The position numbers and the translations under genes are program-made. Source: Flavobacteriaceae bacterium (lineage in GTDB: Bacteria; Bacteroidota; Bacteroidia; Flavobacteriales; Flavobacteriaceae). Taken from it: DNA of 33,117 bases. A model generated the notes under the pieces. It was not told the DNA's origin. It ran no database searches and saw only the letters and a list, made by a program, of their open reading frames with translations. The stretch spans positions 1 through 33,117 of the forward strand of contig DAOWEM010000287.1 in the NCBI GenBank assembly GCA_030638535.1, in the 5' to 3' direction. Below are positions 17,504-27,236 of the stretch, in pieces; the first letter of the stretch is position 1; each line of letters opens with the position of its first letter.

Positions 17504-18616
17504 ATGATTGTATTAGATATTTTATTTTACACATTTCTTATAATTGTTATTATCCAACTCATTTATTATGGTTTTATTTTTTCAAGATTTGCTTTTGCAA
17601 AATCTAAAACACCTTCAAAAAAAAATATTGCAGTTTCTGTAATTATTTGCGCGAAAAATGAAGCCGATAATTTACAGCAATTCTTACCTCACATATTAGA
17701 ACAAGATTATCCAAATTTTGAAATTGTATTAATTAATGATGCTTCGCATGATAATACTTTAGATGTAATTGAAACATTTGCTAAAGAACACAGCAATATA
17801 AAGATTGTTAATGTTGAAAATATTGAAGCGTTTTGGGGAAATAAAAAATATGCCTTAACCTTAGGTATAAAAGCTGCTACCCATGATTTTTTACTGCTTA
17901 CTGATGCTGATTGTAAACCAATTACAAAAAGTTGGATTAAATCAATGAGCAGTCATTTTAGTAATACAGAAACCATAGTTATAGGTTATGGAGCTTATAA
18001 AAAAGGTAAGCATTCATTTTTAAACTCATTAATTCGTTATGAAACTTTACTTACGGCAATTCAATATTTCTCTTACGCAAAATTAGGAATACCATATATG
18101 GCTGTTGGGCGTAATTTAGCTTATAGAAAAGACGAATTTTTTAAGGCAAACGGGTTTATGAGTCATATGAATATTAAATCAGGTGACGACGATTTATTTA
18201 TAAATCAAGTGGCTAGTTCTAAAAACACAGTACTTTGCTTTTCTAAAGATAGTTTTACTGAATCGTTACCTGAAACTACATTCAAAGCTTGGTTTAACCA
18301 AAAAAGACGACATATTTCTACTTCAAAATATTACAAGCTAAAACACAAACTCATGTTAGGGTTGTTTTACTTATCCCAACTCTTATTTTGGGTTTTAGGT
18401 ATAATTCTTTTATCTTTTATTTTTAAATGGGAAATTGTAACCCTATTAATCCTCTTAAGATTTATAGTACAATACATTAGTATTGGTTTTTCAGCAAAAA
18501 AGCTAAATGAAATTGACACCATAATTTTACTGCCTTTCTTAGAAATATTTTTAATATTCTCACAATTCTTTATCTTTATCTCAAATCTTACTTCAAAACC
18601 AACTCATTGGAGATAA
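17504..18616 (+). CDS. Membrane GT2 glycosyltransferase (PgaC/IcaA/HpnI-like topology)
   Basis: IICAKNE, INDAS, TDAD (DxD), SGDDD and QKRRH; one N-terminal and about three C-terminal TM segments. Confidence 0.9.
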   Translation: MIVLDILFYTFLIIVIIQLIYYGFIFSRFAFAKSKTPSKKNIAVSVIICAKNEADNLQQFLPHILEQDYPNFEIVLINDASHDNTLDVIETFAKEHSNIKIVNVENIEAFWGNKKYALTLGIKAATHDFLLLTDADCKPITKSWIKSMSSHFSNTETIVIGYGAYKKGKHSFLNSLIRYETLLTAIQYFSYAKLGIPYMAVGRNLAYRKDEFFKANGFMSHMNIKSGDDDLFINQVASSKNTVLCFSKDSFTESLPETTFKAWFNQKRRHISTSKYYKLKHKLMLGLFYLSQLLFWVLGIILLSFIFKWEIVTLLILLRFIVQYISIGFSAKKLNEIDTIILLPFLEIFLIFSQFFIFISNLTSKPTHWR

Positions 18617-19155
18617 AACAAGCCATTAAAAAAGCTAAAGAAAATGATCAATTAGCATTTAACTTTTTGTTAGATACTTTTTGGAATGACGTTTATGGGT
18701 TTCAATTAAAACGTACAGAAAACGAAAATGATGCTGAAGATATTACCATTCAAACATTTTCTCGAGCGTTTGATAAAATAGACACCTTTGACGAAAATTA
18801 TAAATTCAAAACCTGGCTTATAACCATTTCTAAAAATATTCATGTTGATTATCTTCGTAAAAAGAAAATCTCAATATCTCATGAAGAAACCGATAGCTCT
18901 CATGAACATTTTTATGATATTATTGACGAATCTCCAACACCAGAAGATAAGATCATTACAGAGCAAAATTTAGCGAAGTTACTTCGAGATATAAAAAAGC
19001 TAAAACCTCATTATCAAGAAGTGATAAACTTAAGGTATTTTCAAGAGTTAACTTATTTGGAAATTTCAGACAAGTTAAATGAGCCTATGAGTAATGTAAA
19101 AATAAAGTTGCTTCGCGCAAAAAAATTGCTATCAGAAATTATTCAGAAAAAATAA
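18607..19155 (+). CDS. ECF RNA polymerase sigma factor
   Basis: DAEDITIQTF...FKTWLITISKN and region 4 YLEISDKLNEPMSNVKIKLLRAK. TTG start overlaps the GT2 end by 10 nt. Confidence 0.92.
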   Translation: MEIKQAIKKAKENDQLAFNFLLDTFWNDVYGFQLKRTENENDAEDITIQTFSRAFDKIDTFDENYKFKTWLITISKNIHVDYLRKKKISISHEETDSSHEHFYDIIDESPTPEDKIITEQNLAKLLRDIKKLKPHYQEVINLRYFQELTYLEISDKLNEPMSNVKIKLLRAKKLLSEIIQKK

Positions 19156-20369
19156 TGAATGTAAATTTTAAAAAACTAGGTCCGGGCTTGCTTTTTGCTG
19201 GTGCAGCAATAGGAGTATCTCATCTCGTACAATCTACAAGAGCTGGAGCCGATTTTGGATTAGGATTACTTTGGGCATTGCTTTTGGTAAATTTATTTAA
19301 ATATCCCTTTTTTCAATATGGCCCACGATACGCTTCATCTACAGGAGAAAGTCTTCTAGATGGTTATAAAAAATTAGGCAAAGGTGTTTTAATTGCATAT
19401 TTCGTGTTATCATTTGCAACCATGTTTACCATTCAAACGGCTATTACCATAGTTACTGCAGGTTTAGCATCTTCATTATTCGGAGATTTTGTAAGTATTG
19501 AAGTCTGGACCATTATAATACTTACTATTTGCTTAAGCTTATTAATTATTGGTAAATACAAGTTGTTAGATAATTTAATGAAGATTATTATTATTATCTT
19601 AACTATTAGTACACTAGTAGCTGTGATTGTTGCATTATTAGATAATTCTCAACCAATTTCATTTAAACAGATCCTCCCTGATAATAGTTTAGAAATCGCA
19701 TTTTTAATTGCCTTTATGGGTTGGATGCCAGCACCTTTAGATGTTTCTGTATTTCACTCTCTTTGGGCTATTGAAAAAAGAAAAAACCATAACGAATTTA
19801 ATACTAAATCTGCACTTTTCGATTTTAACGTTGGATATTTAAGCACAATAATTTTAGGTATTGGTTTTGTTTTTTTAGGCTACTTAATTATGTTTAATAG
19901 TGGAGAAACATTTAGTAGTAAAGCTGGTGTGTTTTCTAATCAACTTTTAGAAATGTACACCATAAGTTTAGGTAATTGGGCTTATATAATTATTGGTGTC
20001 GCTGCATTTACTACAATGTTTAGTACAACATTAACCATTTTAGATGCATCTCCAAGAGCAATGCATAGAACAACACAATTACTATTTAATAACAATTTTA
20101 AAAAAGGTTATTTATTTTGGATATTAACTTTAGTTATTGGTACAATAATTATCTTTTTTGCATTTGCATCAGAAATGGGATTACTAGTAAAAATTGCAAC
20201 CATTTTATCTTTTTTAACCGCACCTTTCTATGCTATAATAAATTATAAACTGATTAGTAGTAAGCATACTCCTAAAGCTTGGCGTCCAACTTTGAAACTA
20301 CATATATTGAGTTGGTCTGGAATAATATTCTTAATAGGTTTTAACGTATGGTATCTAACCACTCTATAA
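19155..20369 (+). CDS. NRAMP-related (APC superfamily) transporter
   Basis: LGPGLLFAGAAIGVSH, RAGADFG, TGESLLDGY and MFSTT; about 11 TM segments. Confidence 0.82.
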   Translation: MNVNFKKLGPGLLFAGAAIGVSHLVQSTRAGADFGLGLLWALLLVNLFKYPFFQYGPRYASSTGESLLDGYKKLGKGVLIAYFVLSFATMFTIQTAITIVTAGLASSLFGDFVSIEVWTIIILTICLSLLIIGKYKLLDNLMKIIIIILTISTLVAVIVALLDNSQPISFKQILPDNSLEIAFLIAFMGWMPAPLDVSVFHSLWAIEKRKNHNEFNTKSALFDFNVGYLSTIILGIGFVFLGYLIMFNSGETFSSKAGVFSNQLLEMYTISLGNWAYIIIGVAAFTTMFSTTLTILDASPRAMHRTTQLLFNNNFKKGYLFWILTLVIGTIIIFFAFASEMGLLVKIATILSFLTAPFYAIINYKLISSKHTPKAWRPTLKLHILSWSGIIFLIGFNVWYLTTL

Positions 20370-20380
20370 ATAATATAATT

Positions 20381-20764
20381 ATGCATTCAACTTTCAAAAC
20401 TATTATTCTATTTACGCTTTTGACCTTTATATTAACGTCCTGTAAAAACAAAAAACAAGATTATTTTTATCATGTTTTAATGATTGAATTTAGTAAGGAT
20501 GCAGATATAGAACAAATAACTAAAGAAATATTAAAATTTGAAGATATACCTACAGTAAAAGAAGTTAGGTATGGTAATATAAAACCTCATAATAGAAATA
20601 TAATTCAAAATTTTTCTCATTGCTTAATTTTAATATTTGATAATGAAAAGGGGTTACAAGAATATCTTAAAGATCCTTATCATGAAAAAATCTATGAAAA
20701 ACATAAACCTTATATTGCTGATATTTATACTGCAGATTTTAATTCTATTTCTCTAATAGAATAA
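20381..20764 (+). CDS. Dabb (stress-responsive A/B barrel) lipoprotein
   Basis: Lipobox LTSC; HVLMIEF, IPTV...G, FSHCLILIF and YLKDPYH. Start moved to ATG 20381 to give a normal signal peptide and remove the overlap. Confidence 0.72.
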   Translation: MHSTFKTIILFTLLTFILTSCKNKKQDYFYHVLMIEFSKDADIEQITKEILKFEDIPTVKEVRYGNIKPHNRNIIQNFSHCLILIFDNEKGLQEYLKDPYHEKIYEKHKPYIADIYTADFNSISLIE

Positions 20765-20776
20765 ATCTTTTCTTCG

Positions 20777-20784
20777 TAATTTTG
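20777..20784 (+). promoter_or_regulatory. Putative -7 promoter box for lipA-gap
   Basis: TAATTTTG 23 nt before the lipA ATG. Confidence 0.55.
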
Positions 20785-20807
20785 ACCTCAAGTTAATAAA
20801 CAAATAG

Positions 20808-21674
20808 ATGTCTGACGAATCCGTAATTATTCCAGTAAAAAAACCAAAATGGTTACGTGTAAAACTTCCTACAGGAAAAAAATACACTGAACTTCGTGGT
20901 TTGGTGGACAAATACAGTTTAAATACTATTTGTGTCTCTGGAAGTTGCCCGAATATGGGCGAATGTTGGGGAGAAGGCACAGCTACCTTTATGATTTTGG
21001 GCAACATCTGTACAAGATCCTGTGGGTTTTGTGGTGTAAAAACTGGTCGCCCGGAAACTGTAGATTGGGATGAGCCAGAGAAAGTAGCGCGTTCAATAAA
21101 ACTCATGAAAATTAAACATGCTGTGTTAACAAGTGTAGATCGTGACGACTTGAAAGATATGGGAAGTATAATGTGGGCTGAAACAGTTAAAGCAGTTCGT
21201 AGAATGAATCCTAAAACAACTATGGAAACACTTATTCCAGATTTTCAAGGTATTGAACAACATTTAAACAGAATTCTCGAAGTTTCTCCAGAAGTAATAT
21301 CTCATAATATTGAAACCGTTAGACGTTTAACACGCGAAGTGCGCATTCAAGCAAAATACGATAGAAGTCTTGGTGTGCTTAAGTATTTAAAAAGCAAAGG
21401 ACAAAGACGTACTAAAAGTGGTATAATGTTAGGTTTAGGAGAAACACGTAAAGAAGTTATTGAAACTTTGCATGACTTTAAAAATGCTAATGTAGATGTC
21501 GTTACAATAGGTCAATACTTACAACCAAGCAAAAAACATTTACCAGTTAAACAGTTTATTACTCCAGATCAGTTTGATGAATACAAAGCTATTGCATTAG
21601 ATTTAGGATTCCGACATGTTGAAAGTAGTGCACTGGTGAGATCTTCTTATAAAGCCCAAAAACATATTAATTAA
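20808..21674 (+). CDS. lipA: Lipoyl synthase
   Basis: KPKWL, CX4CX5C ([12 protein letters not shown]), CX3CX2C (CTRSCGFC) and C-terminal RSSY. Confidence 0.98.
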   Translation: MSDESVIIPVKKPKWLRVKLPTGKKYTELRGLVDKYSLNTICVSGSCPNMGECWGEGTATFMILGNICTRSCGFCGVKTGRPETVDWDEPEKVARSIKLMKIKHAVLTSVDRDDLKDMGSIMWAETVKAVRRMNPKTTMETLIPDFQGIEQHLNRILEVSPEVISHNIETVRRLTREVRIQAKYDRSLGVLKYLKSKGQRRTKSGIMLGLGETRKEVIETLHDFKNANVDVVTIGQYLQPSKKHLPVKQFITPDQFDEYKAIALDLGFRHVESSALVRSSYKAQKHIN

Positions 21675-21676
21675 TT

Positions 21677-22699
21677 ATGATTAATGTAGCTATAAATGGT
21701 TTCGGAAGAATAGGTCGACGTGTTTTTCGATTACTTCAAGACCACAAAAACATTCAAGTTGTTGCTATTAACGATTTGGCTGATACTAAAACTTTAAGTC
21801 ATTTATTAAAATATGATAGCATTCATGGTGTTTTTAAAGGTGAAATAAATTATGACTTAAACCACATTATTGTAAATAATAAAAGCATTAAACTTCAAAA
21901 TGAAAGCAATATTGATTCCATTAATTGGAGACCTTATAATGTTGACTTTGTTATTGAAGCAACAGGAAAGTATAAAACAAATGAATTGTTACAATATCAT
22001 ATTACCAACGGAGCTTCACGTGTAATTCTTTCAGTTCCTCCAATAGACGATTCTATTAAAACAATAGTATTAGGAGTAAATGACCATACTCTAACAGGTA
22101 ATGAAACCATTATATCTAATGCCTCTTGTACAACAAACAATGCGGCTCCTATGATAGATATTGTAAATAACCTTTGTGGTATTAAACAGGCCTACATAAC
22201 AACTATTCACTCCTTTACGACTGACCAAAGTTTACACGATCAGCCTCATCATGATTTGCGTCGTGCAAGAGCTGCTGGACAATCTATTGTACCAACAACA
22301 ACAGGAGCAGCAAAAGCATTAACAAAAATTTTTCCGGAATTATCAAATGTTATAGGCGGTTGTGGCATTAGAGTTCCTGTATCTAATGGCTCGCTTACTG
22401 ATATTACTTTTAATGTAATCGATAATGTTTCAGTAAAAGAAATTAATCAAGCTTTTAAATTGGCTTCTGAAACTAAGTATAAAGGTATTTTAGAATATAC
22501 TGAAGACCCAATAGTTTCAATAGATATTGTAGGAAATCCCCATTCTTGTATTTTCGATTCTCTTATGACTTCTGTAATTGGCGATTTGGTAAAAATTATT
22601 GGTTGGTACGATAATGAAACTGGATATTCTAACCGAATTATTGATTTAATCAATAAATTATCGAAGGGAGAAATTTCTTATAAAATACAGAAATATTAA
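21677..22699 (+). CDS. gap: Type I glyceraldehyde-3-phosphate dehydrogenase
   Basis: INGFGRIGR, LLKYDS, SNASCTTN, PTTTGAAKA, RVP and WYDNE. Confidence 0.95.
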   Translation: MINVAINGFGRIGRRVFRLLQDHKNIQVVAINDLADTKTLSHLLKYDSIHGVFKGEINYDLNHIIVNNKSIKLQNESNIDSINWRPYNVDFVIEATGKYKTNELLQYHITNGASRVILSVPPIDDSIKTIVLGVNDHTLTGNETIISNASCTTNNAAPMIDIVNNLCGIKQAYITTIHSFTTDQSLHDQPHHDLRRARAAGQSIVPTTTGAAKALTKIFPELSNVIGGCGIRVPVSNGSLTDITFNVIDNVSVKEINQAFKLASETKYKGILEYTEDPIVSIDIVGNPHSCIFDSLMTSVIGDLVKIIGWYDNETGYSNRIIDLINKLSKGEISYKIQKY

Positions 22700-22728
22700 A
22701 AAAAAGTGCATTTTGTCGAATAAATAGT

Positions 22729-22736
22729 TATCTTTG
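22729..22736 (+). promoter_or_regulatory. Putative -7 promoter box overlapping a direct repeat
   Basis: TATCTTTG 20 nt before ATG 22757; TTTGTCGA occurs at 22712 and 22733. Confidence 0.55.
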
Positions 22737-22756
22737 TCGATAAATATGACTTAAAA

Positions 22757-24985
22757 ATGTCCCGAATCAAATATCATATATTTGCTTTTTTTGTCTTAAT
22801 TGCTTCGCTAAGTTACCCTCAAAATAAAATTGAGGACGATCCTGATTTGCAAAAAAATAAAGTTGATGTTGTTGTAAATAATGCCGAAAAGGAAGCACAA
22901 AACGGCAATTTTTATAACGCCATTAAATTGCTTAAACAAGCACTTCTTATTTCAGAAAAAATTGATGACCAAAAAAGTCAAGGGGTAATTCTTTCTAATA
23001 TAGCAAAACTCCAATATAATATTGAAGAACATAAAGATGCTGAAAGCTCAATAAATAAGGCTATTAATATCCAAAGAAAAATTGATGACAAATTAAACTT
23101 AGCAATCTCAAGATATACTTATGGACAAATTAGTTTAGGATTAAAAAATTACAATAGAGCTTTGGACTATTTTAAATCTGCAAAAACAATTTTTGAAGAA
23201 GAGAATCTTAATGAAGTAATTACAGAAGTAACCTTAAACGAAGCCAAAGCACAGATTGGATTAAATAATCTACATGAAGCCATTGCACTTATAGAAAAGA
23301 CAATTATATTATCGAAAAAATACAACTTAACAAATATACAGAGTGCTGCTCTTATAAAAAGTGGCGTTATTGCTTATAAAGAAAAAAAATACAAAAATGC
23401 ATTATCTCAAACTTTAGAAGGTTCAGAAATAGCTAAAAATATTGGTGAATTAGTAGTTTTAAACGAAAGCTACTTACTGTTAAGCAACATATATTCTGAA
23501 ACAAAAAAATATGAATTAGCCAATAAGAATTTAAGATTATATATTGAACTTAATGATTCAATCTTAAGGAGTAATCAAGCAAAATTATCACCAAAAAAAA
23601 GAGAACAGTTTATCATAGCTGATAAAGATGCTCTAATACAAAATCAAGCAGATAGATTAAACGAAAAAGAGAAAGAGACTAGCATAAGTAAATTAATTAC
23701 CATATTAAGTATTGGTCTTATAACTATACTCTCGTTATTAACTTTATCATTATATAAAAACAACAATATTAGACTAAAAACTAATAATATGTTGTTCAAA
23801 AAAAACACAGAATTGTTAACCGAAAAAGAAAGGGCTGAAATTGCTGCAACAGCTAAATCAAATTTCTTATCTACTGTTACACACGAATTAAGAACTCCTC
23901 TTTATGCAGTAACTGGTTTAACAAATATGCTCATGGATGAAGACCCAAAACCAGAACAAATGCAGCATTTAAAATCGCTTAAATTTTCTGGAGACTATCT
24001 TTTAACATTTATTAATGACATATTACAAATTAACAAAATTGAAGCCAATAAGGTTGAGCTCGATCCGGAGATTTTTAATTTAAGAACTAAAGTAGAAAAT
24101 GTAGCTGCAGCATTAAACAATTCTGCATTAGACAACAATATTAAAATTCATATTGAATACGATAAATCTCTTCCTGTATTCTTTGATGGAGACCAATTAA
24201 AAATTTCTCAAATATTAATTAATTTAATTGGTAACTCAATTAAGTTTACTAAAGATGGTGATATTTGGATTAGAATTCTTAAAAAGAATCAAAATCAGGG
24301 TATTTATAATATAAGGTTCGAAATTGAAGATAATGGTATTGGAATTACTAAAGAAAAACAAGAGAATATGTTCGAAAGTTTTTCCCAAGGGTCTGTACAG
24401 ATTAATCGTAAATATGGAGGAACAGGTTTAGGTTTATCAATTGTAAAAGGTTTAGTAGATATACTTCAAGGTAAAGTGTATTTAAAAAGTGAATTAGGAC
24501 AAGGCACCACTTTTAGTGTAGAATTACCTTTAAAAGAATCTAAAGAAGTTATTAAAGTTAAAGATACTGACTTATTTAATGATGTTAAAGATTTAGATTT
24601 AAATAAAATTAAAATTTTAGTTGTTGAGGATAACAAGATCAATCAAATGATAACTAAAAAAATATTAACAAAAATGAATCTTAATTGTGATGTTGTTGAT
24701 AATGGAGAAGATGCCGTAGAACAAATTAAGGAAAACAATTACGACATTGTGCTAATGGATATCCATATGCCGGGAATTAGTGGTATTGAAGCTACAAAAA
24801 TAGTTAGAAGTTTTGACAAAGAGCTTACAATATTTGCACTCACCGCAGTAACTTTAGAAGATAAAATGCAAGAGTTTGATGATGCTGGTTTTGATGATAT
24901 CATCTCGAAACCATTTAAACAAGAAGATTTTGAAAAGAAATTATTTTCTGCATTATTTAAAAATAAAACTTCGGCTTCGGCTTAA
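22757..24985 (+). CDS. Hybrid sensor histidine kinase/response regulator with periplasmic TPR sensor
   Basis: Signal peptide, TPR-like helices and one TM, then HisKA THELRTPL, HATPase NSIKFT/DNGIG/GGTGLGL, and REC VVEDN/MDIHMP/KPF. Confidence 0.93.
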   Translation: MSRIKYHIFAFFVLIASLSYPQNKIEDDPDLQKNKVDVVVNNAEKEAQNGNFYNAIKLLKQALLISEKIDDQKSQGVILSNIAKLQYNIEEHKDAESSINKAINIQRKIDDKLNLAISRYTYGQISLGLKNYNRALDYFKSAKTIFEEENLNEVITEVTLNEAKAQIGLNNLHEAIALIEKTIILSKKYNLTNIQSAALIKSGVIAYKEKKYKNALSQTLEGSEIAKNIGELVVLNESYLLLSNIYSETKKYELANKNLRLYIELNDSILRSNQAKLSPKKREQFIIADKDALIQNQADRLNEKEKETSISKLITILSIGLITILSLLTLSLYKNNNIRLKTNNMLFKKNTELLTEKERAEIAATAKSNFLSTVTHELRTPLYAVTGLTNMLMDEDPKPEQMQHLKSLKFSGDYLLTFINDILQINKIEANKVELDPEIFNLRTKVENVAAALNNSALDNNIKIHIEYDKSLPVFFDGDQLKISQILINLIGNSIKFTKDGDIWIRILKKNQNQGIYNIRFEIEDNGIGITKEKQENMFESFSQGSVQINRKYGGTGLGLSIVKGLVDILQGKVYLKSELGQGTTFSVELPLKESKEVIKVKDTDLFNDVKDLDLNKIKILVVEDNKINQMITKKILTKMNLNCDVVDNGEDAVEQIKENNYDIVLMDIHMPGISGIEATKIVRSFDKELTIFALTAVTLEDKMQEFDDAGFDDIISKPFKQEDFEKKLFSALFKNKTSASA

Positions 24986-25989
24986 TTTATATTCGTGAAT
25001 TTATTAATTAGATTGTCAAATTTTTCATTGCCTAAAATCTCCATTTCAATAGGCAGATAAAACAATCGCTCTGCATCAATTTTGCCTTTTAATCGCATAT
25101 AATCTTTTTCCGTAGTTAAAATAAAGGACTTAGTGTTTAGCAATTTTAATTCATTTTTGGTAAAACTATGATGATCTTTAAAATTTAAATGCTCATAATT
25201 ATATCCGGAACTATTCAAAAGATTTAATATTGGCTTAGGGTCAGCAATTCCCGTAACTAAAGTGAATTTTTTATGCTTTAAATCTAAAAGAGGCTTACTT
25301 GTTTTAGATGAATTAACGGTTTCGGAATATTTAATAGTGCTAAAAAACACTTCTTGTGTAGAAAATGGTTTTAATTTTGTAATAATTTTTTGTTTATCAT
25401 TTTCATCTAAATCAATAGGACATTTAGTAACAATAATAATATCTGCCCTTTTTGCTCCTACTTTAGATTCACGCAAATTACCAGTAGGTAAAACAAAATC
25501 ATCAACATAAAGTCTATTATAGGTCGTTAGCAGTATGTTTAATCCTGCGTTAACTTTCCTGTGCTGGAAAGCATCATCTAACAAGATAATATTTGGAGCA
25601 TTCTGCAATTTTCGTAACTGAGCAATTCCATTTCGCCTATTACTATCAACACTTACTATAATATCCCTAAATTTTTGATAAAACTGAAAAGGCTCATCTC
25701 CAATTTTTACTGCTGAAGAATTTACATCTGCAATATAAAAACCTTTGGTTATTCTCTTATAACCTCTACTTAATGTTGCAATTTTATAATTGTTTTTCAG
25801 TAATCGTATTAAGTATTCAATCATTGGTGTTTTACCAGTACCACCAGCACTTAAATTACCAACACAAATAATAGGAAAATCATACGATTTAGATTTAAAA
25901 ATGCCTGTGTCATAACACAAATTACGTAACCAGGAAACCAAATAATAAATCGGAACGAATGGAAACAATATTTTTCGAACAAAATTCAT
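24982..25989 (-). CDS. lpxK: Tetraacyldisaccharide 4'-kinase
   Basis: VGNLSAGGTGKTP, LSRGY, GDEP, DDAFQH, PTGNLRE, DHH and TTEKD. Confidence 0.97.
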   Translation of the reverse strand: MNFVRKILFPFVPIYYLVSWLRNLCYDTGIFKSKSYDFPIICVGNLSAGGTGKTPMIEYLIRLLKNNYKIATLSRGYKRITKGFYIADVNSSAVKIGDEPFQFYQKFRDIIVSVDSNRRNGIAQLRKLQNAPNIILLDDAFQHRKVNAGLNILLTTYNRLYVDDFVLPTGNLRESKVGAKRADIIIVTKCPIDLDENDKQKIITKLKPFSTQEVFFSTIKYSETVNSSKTSKPLLDLKHKKFTLVTGIADPKPILNLLNSSGYNYEHLNFKDHHSFTKNELKLLNTKSFILTTEKDYMRLKGKIDAERLFYLPIEMEILGNEKFDNLINKFTNIN

Positions 25990-26111
25990 AGCAACGAAAC
26001 CGACTTGAATATAATAATTAATAAGTGACCAATTTAGTAATTATTTTGTTCATCAAAGGTTACATCTGTCAACTTAAAGAAAATAAAAATTATCAGATGA
26101 AAGTAATTATT

Positions 26112-26119
26112 TATATTTG
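26112..26119 (+). promoter_or_regulatory. Putative -7 promoter box
   Basis: TATATTTG 20 nt before ATG 26140. Confidence 0.55.
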
Positions 26120-26139
26120 AAGTAAAACATAAAAAATAT

Positions 26140-27234
26140 ATGATTGTTCAAGATGTTATAAATTATCTCGAAGAGTTATCACCTTTAGCATATGCCGAAG
26201 ATTTTGATAATGTTGGCCTTCTTGTTGGTCATAAAAATACACAAATTACAGGTATTCTAGTTACTTTAGATACCCTTGAAGCAGTAGTAGATGAAGCCCT
26301 GGAAAGCAATTGTAATCTTATCGTTAGCTTCCATCCTATAATATTTAAAGGGCTAAAAAAGTTAACAGGAAAAAGCTATGTTGAACGAGTAGTGATGAAG
26401 GCCATCAAAAATAATATTGCCATTTTTGCCATTCATACAGCTTTAGATAATGCATTGCAAGGCGTAAACGATATGATTTGCAAAAAAATTGGACTCATAA
26501 ATAAACGAATTTTAATTCCTCAAATCGGAACTATAAAAAAGCTCACTACTTATGCTCCAAAAGAAGAGGCAGATAAACTACGAGAAGCTTTATTTAATGC
26601 TGGAGCAGGAAGTATTGGCAATTATAATGAATGTAGCTTCAATACAGAAGGCATTGGAACATATAAAGGAAACATAAACTCAAACCCATCCAAAGGAAAA
26701 AAAGGAAGTTTACATTTTGAACCCGAAATCCAAATTTCGGTAACCTATGCAAAACATTTAGAAGCAAAAATATTACAAACCCTTTTTAAAGTGCATTCTT
26801 ATGATGAAGTAGCTTACGAAATAACAACTTTAGAAAATAAAAATCAGCATATAGGTATGGGTATGATTGGTGAGTTTGAAGATACTATGGACGAAATTTC
26901 TTTTTTAAATCACATAAAATCTAAAATGAATACAGAATGTGTAAGATATTCATCATTGTTAGGCAAATTAATAAAAAAAGTTGCTGTTTTAGGTGGATCT
27001 GGAAGTTTTGCTATTAATGAAGCGAAAGCCGCTAATGCAGACGCTTTTATAACTGCAGATCTTAAATATCACGATTTTTTTACAGCCGAAAATACTATCC
27101 TGTTAGCTGATATTGGACACTATGAAAGTGAACAATTCACAAAAACCCATTTAGTAGCATTTCTTACAAAAAAAATGCCTAATTTTGCAGTCGTTTTATC
27201 AAAGACAAACACCAATCCTGTAAAGTATTTATAA
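26140..27234 (+). CDS. Nif3-like dinuclear metal centre protein (long form with PII-like insert)
   Basis: DNVGLLVG, FHPIIF, HTALD, insert AGAGSIGNY...HSYDEVAY, and GHYESE. Confidence 0.93.
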   Translation: MIVQDVINYLEELSPLAYAEDFDNVGLLVGHKNTQITGILVTLDTLEAVVDEALESNCNLIVSFHPIIFKGLKKLTGKSYVERVVMKAIKNNIAIFAIHTALDNALQGVNDMICKKIGLINKRILIPQIGTIKKLTTYAPKEEADKLREALFNAGAGSIGNYNECSFNTEGIGTYKGNINSNPSKGKKGSLHFEPEIQISVTYAKHLEAKILQTLFKVHSYDEVAYEITTLENKNQHIGMGMIGEFEDTMDEISFLNHIKSKMNTECVRYSSLLGKLIKKVAVLGGSGSFAINEAKAANADAFITADLKYHDFFTAENTILLADIGHYESEQFTKTHLVAFLTKKMPNFAVVLSKTNTNPVKYL

Positions 27235-27236
27235 GC

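Noticed and set aside
26038-26109. Loose inverted repeat TAATTA..TTCATC / GATGAA..TAATTA between lpxK and Nif3
   Set aside because: Gapped and AT-rich, so plausible by chance.
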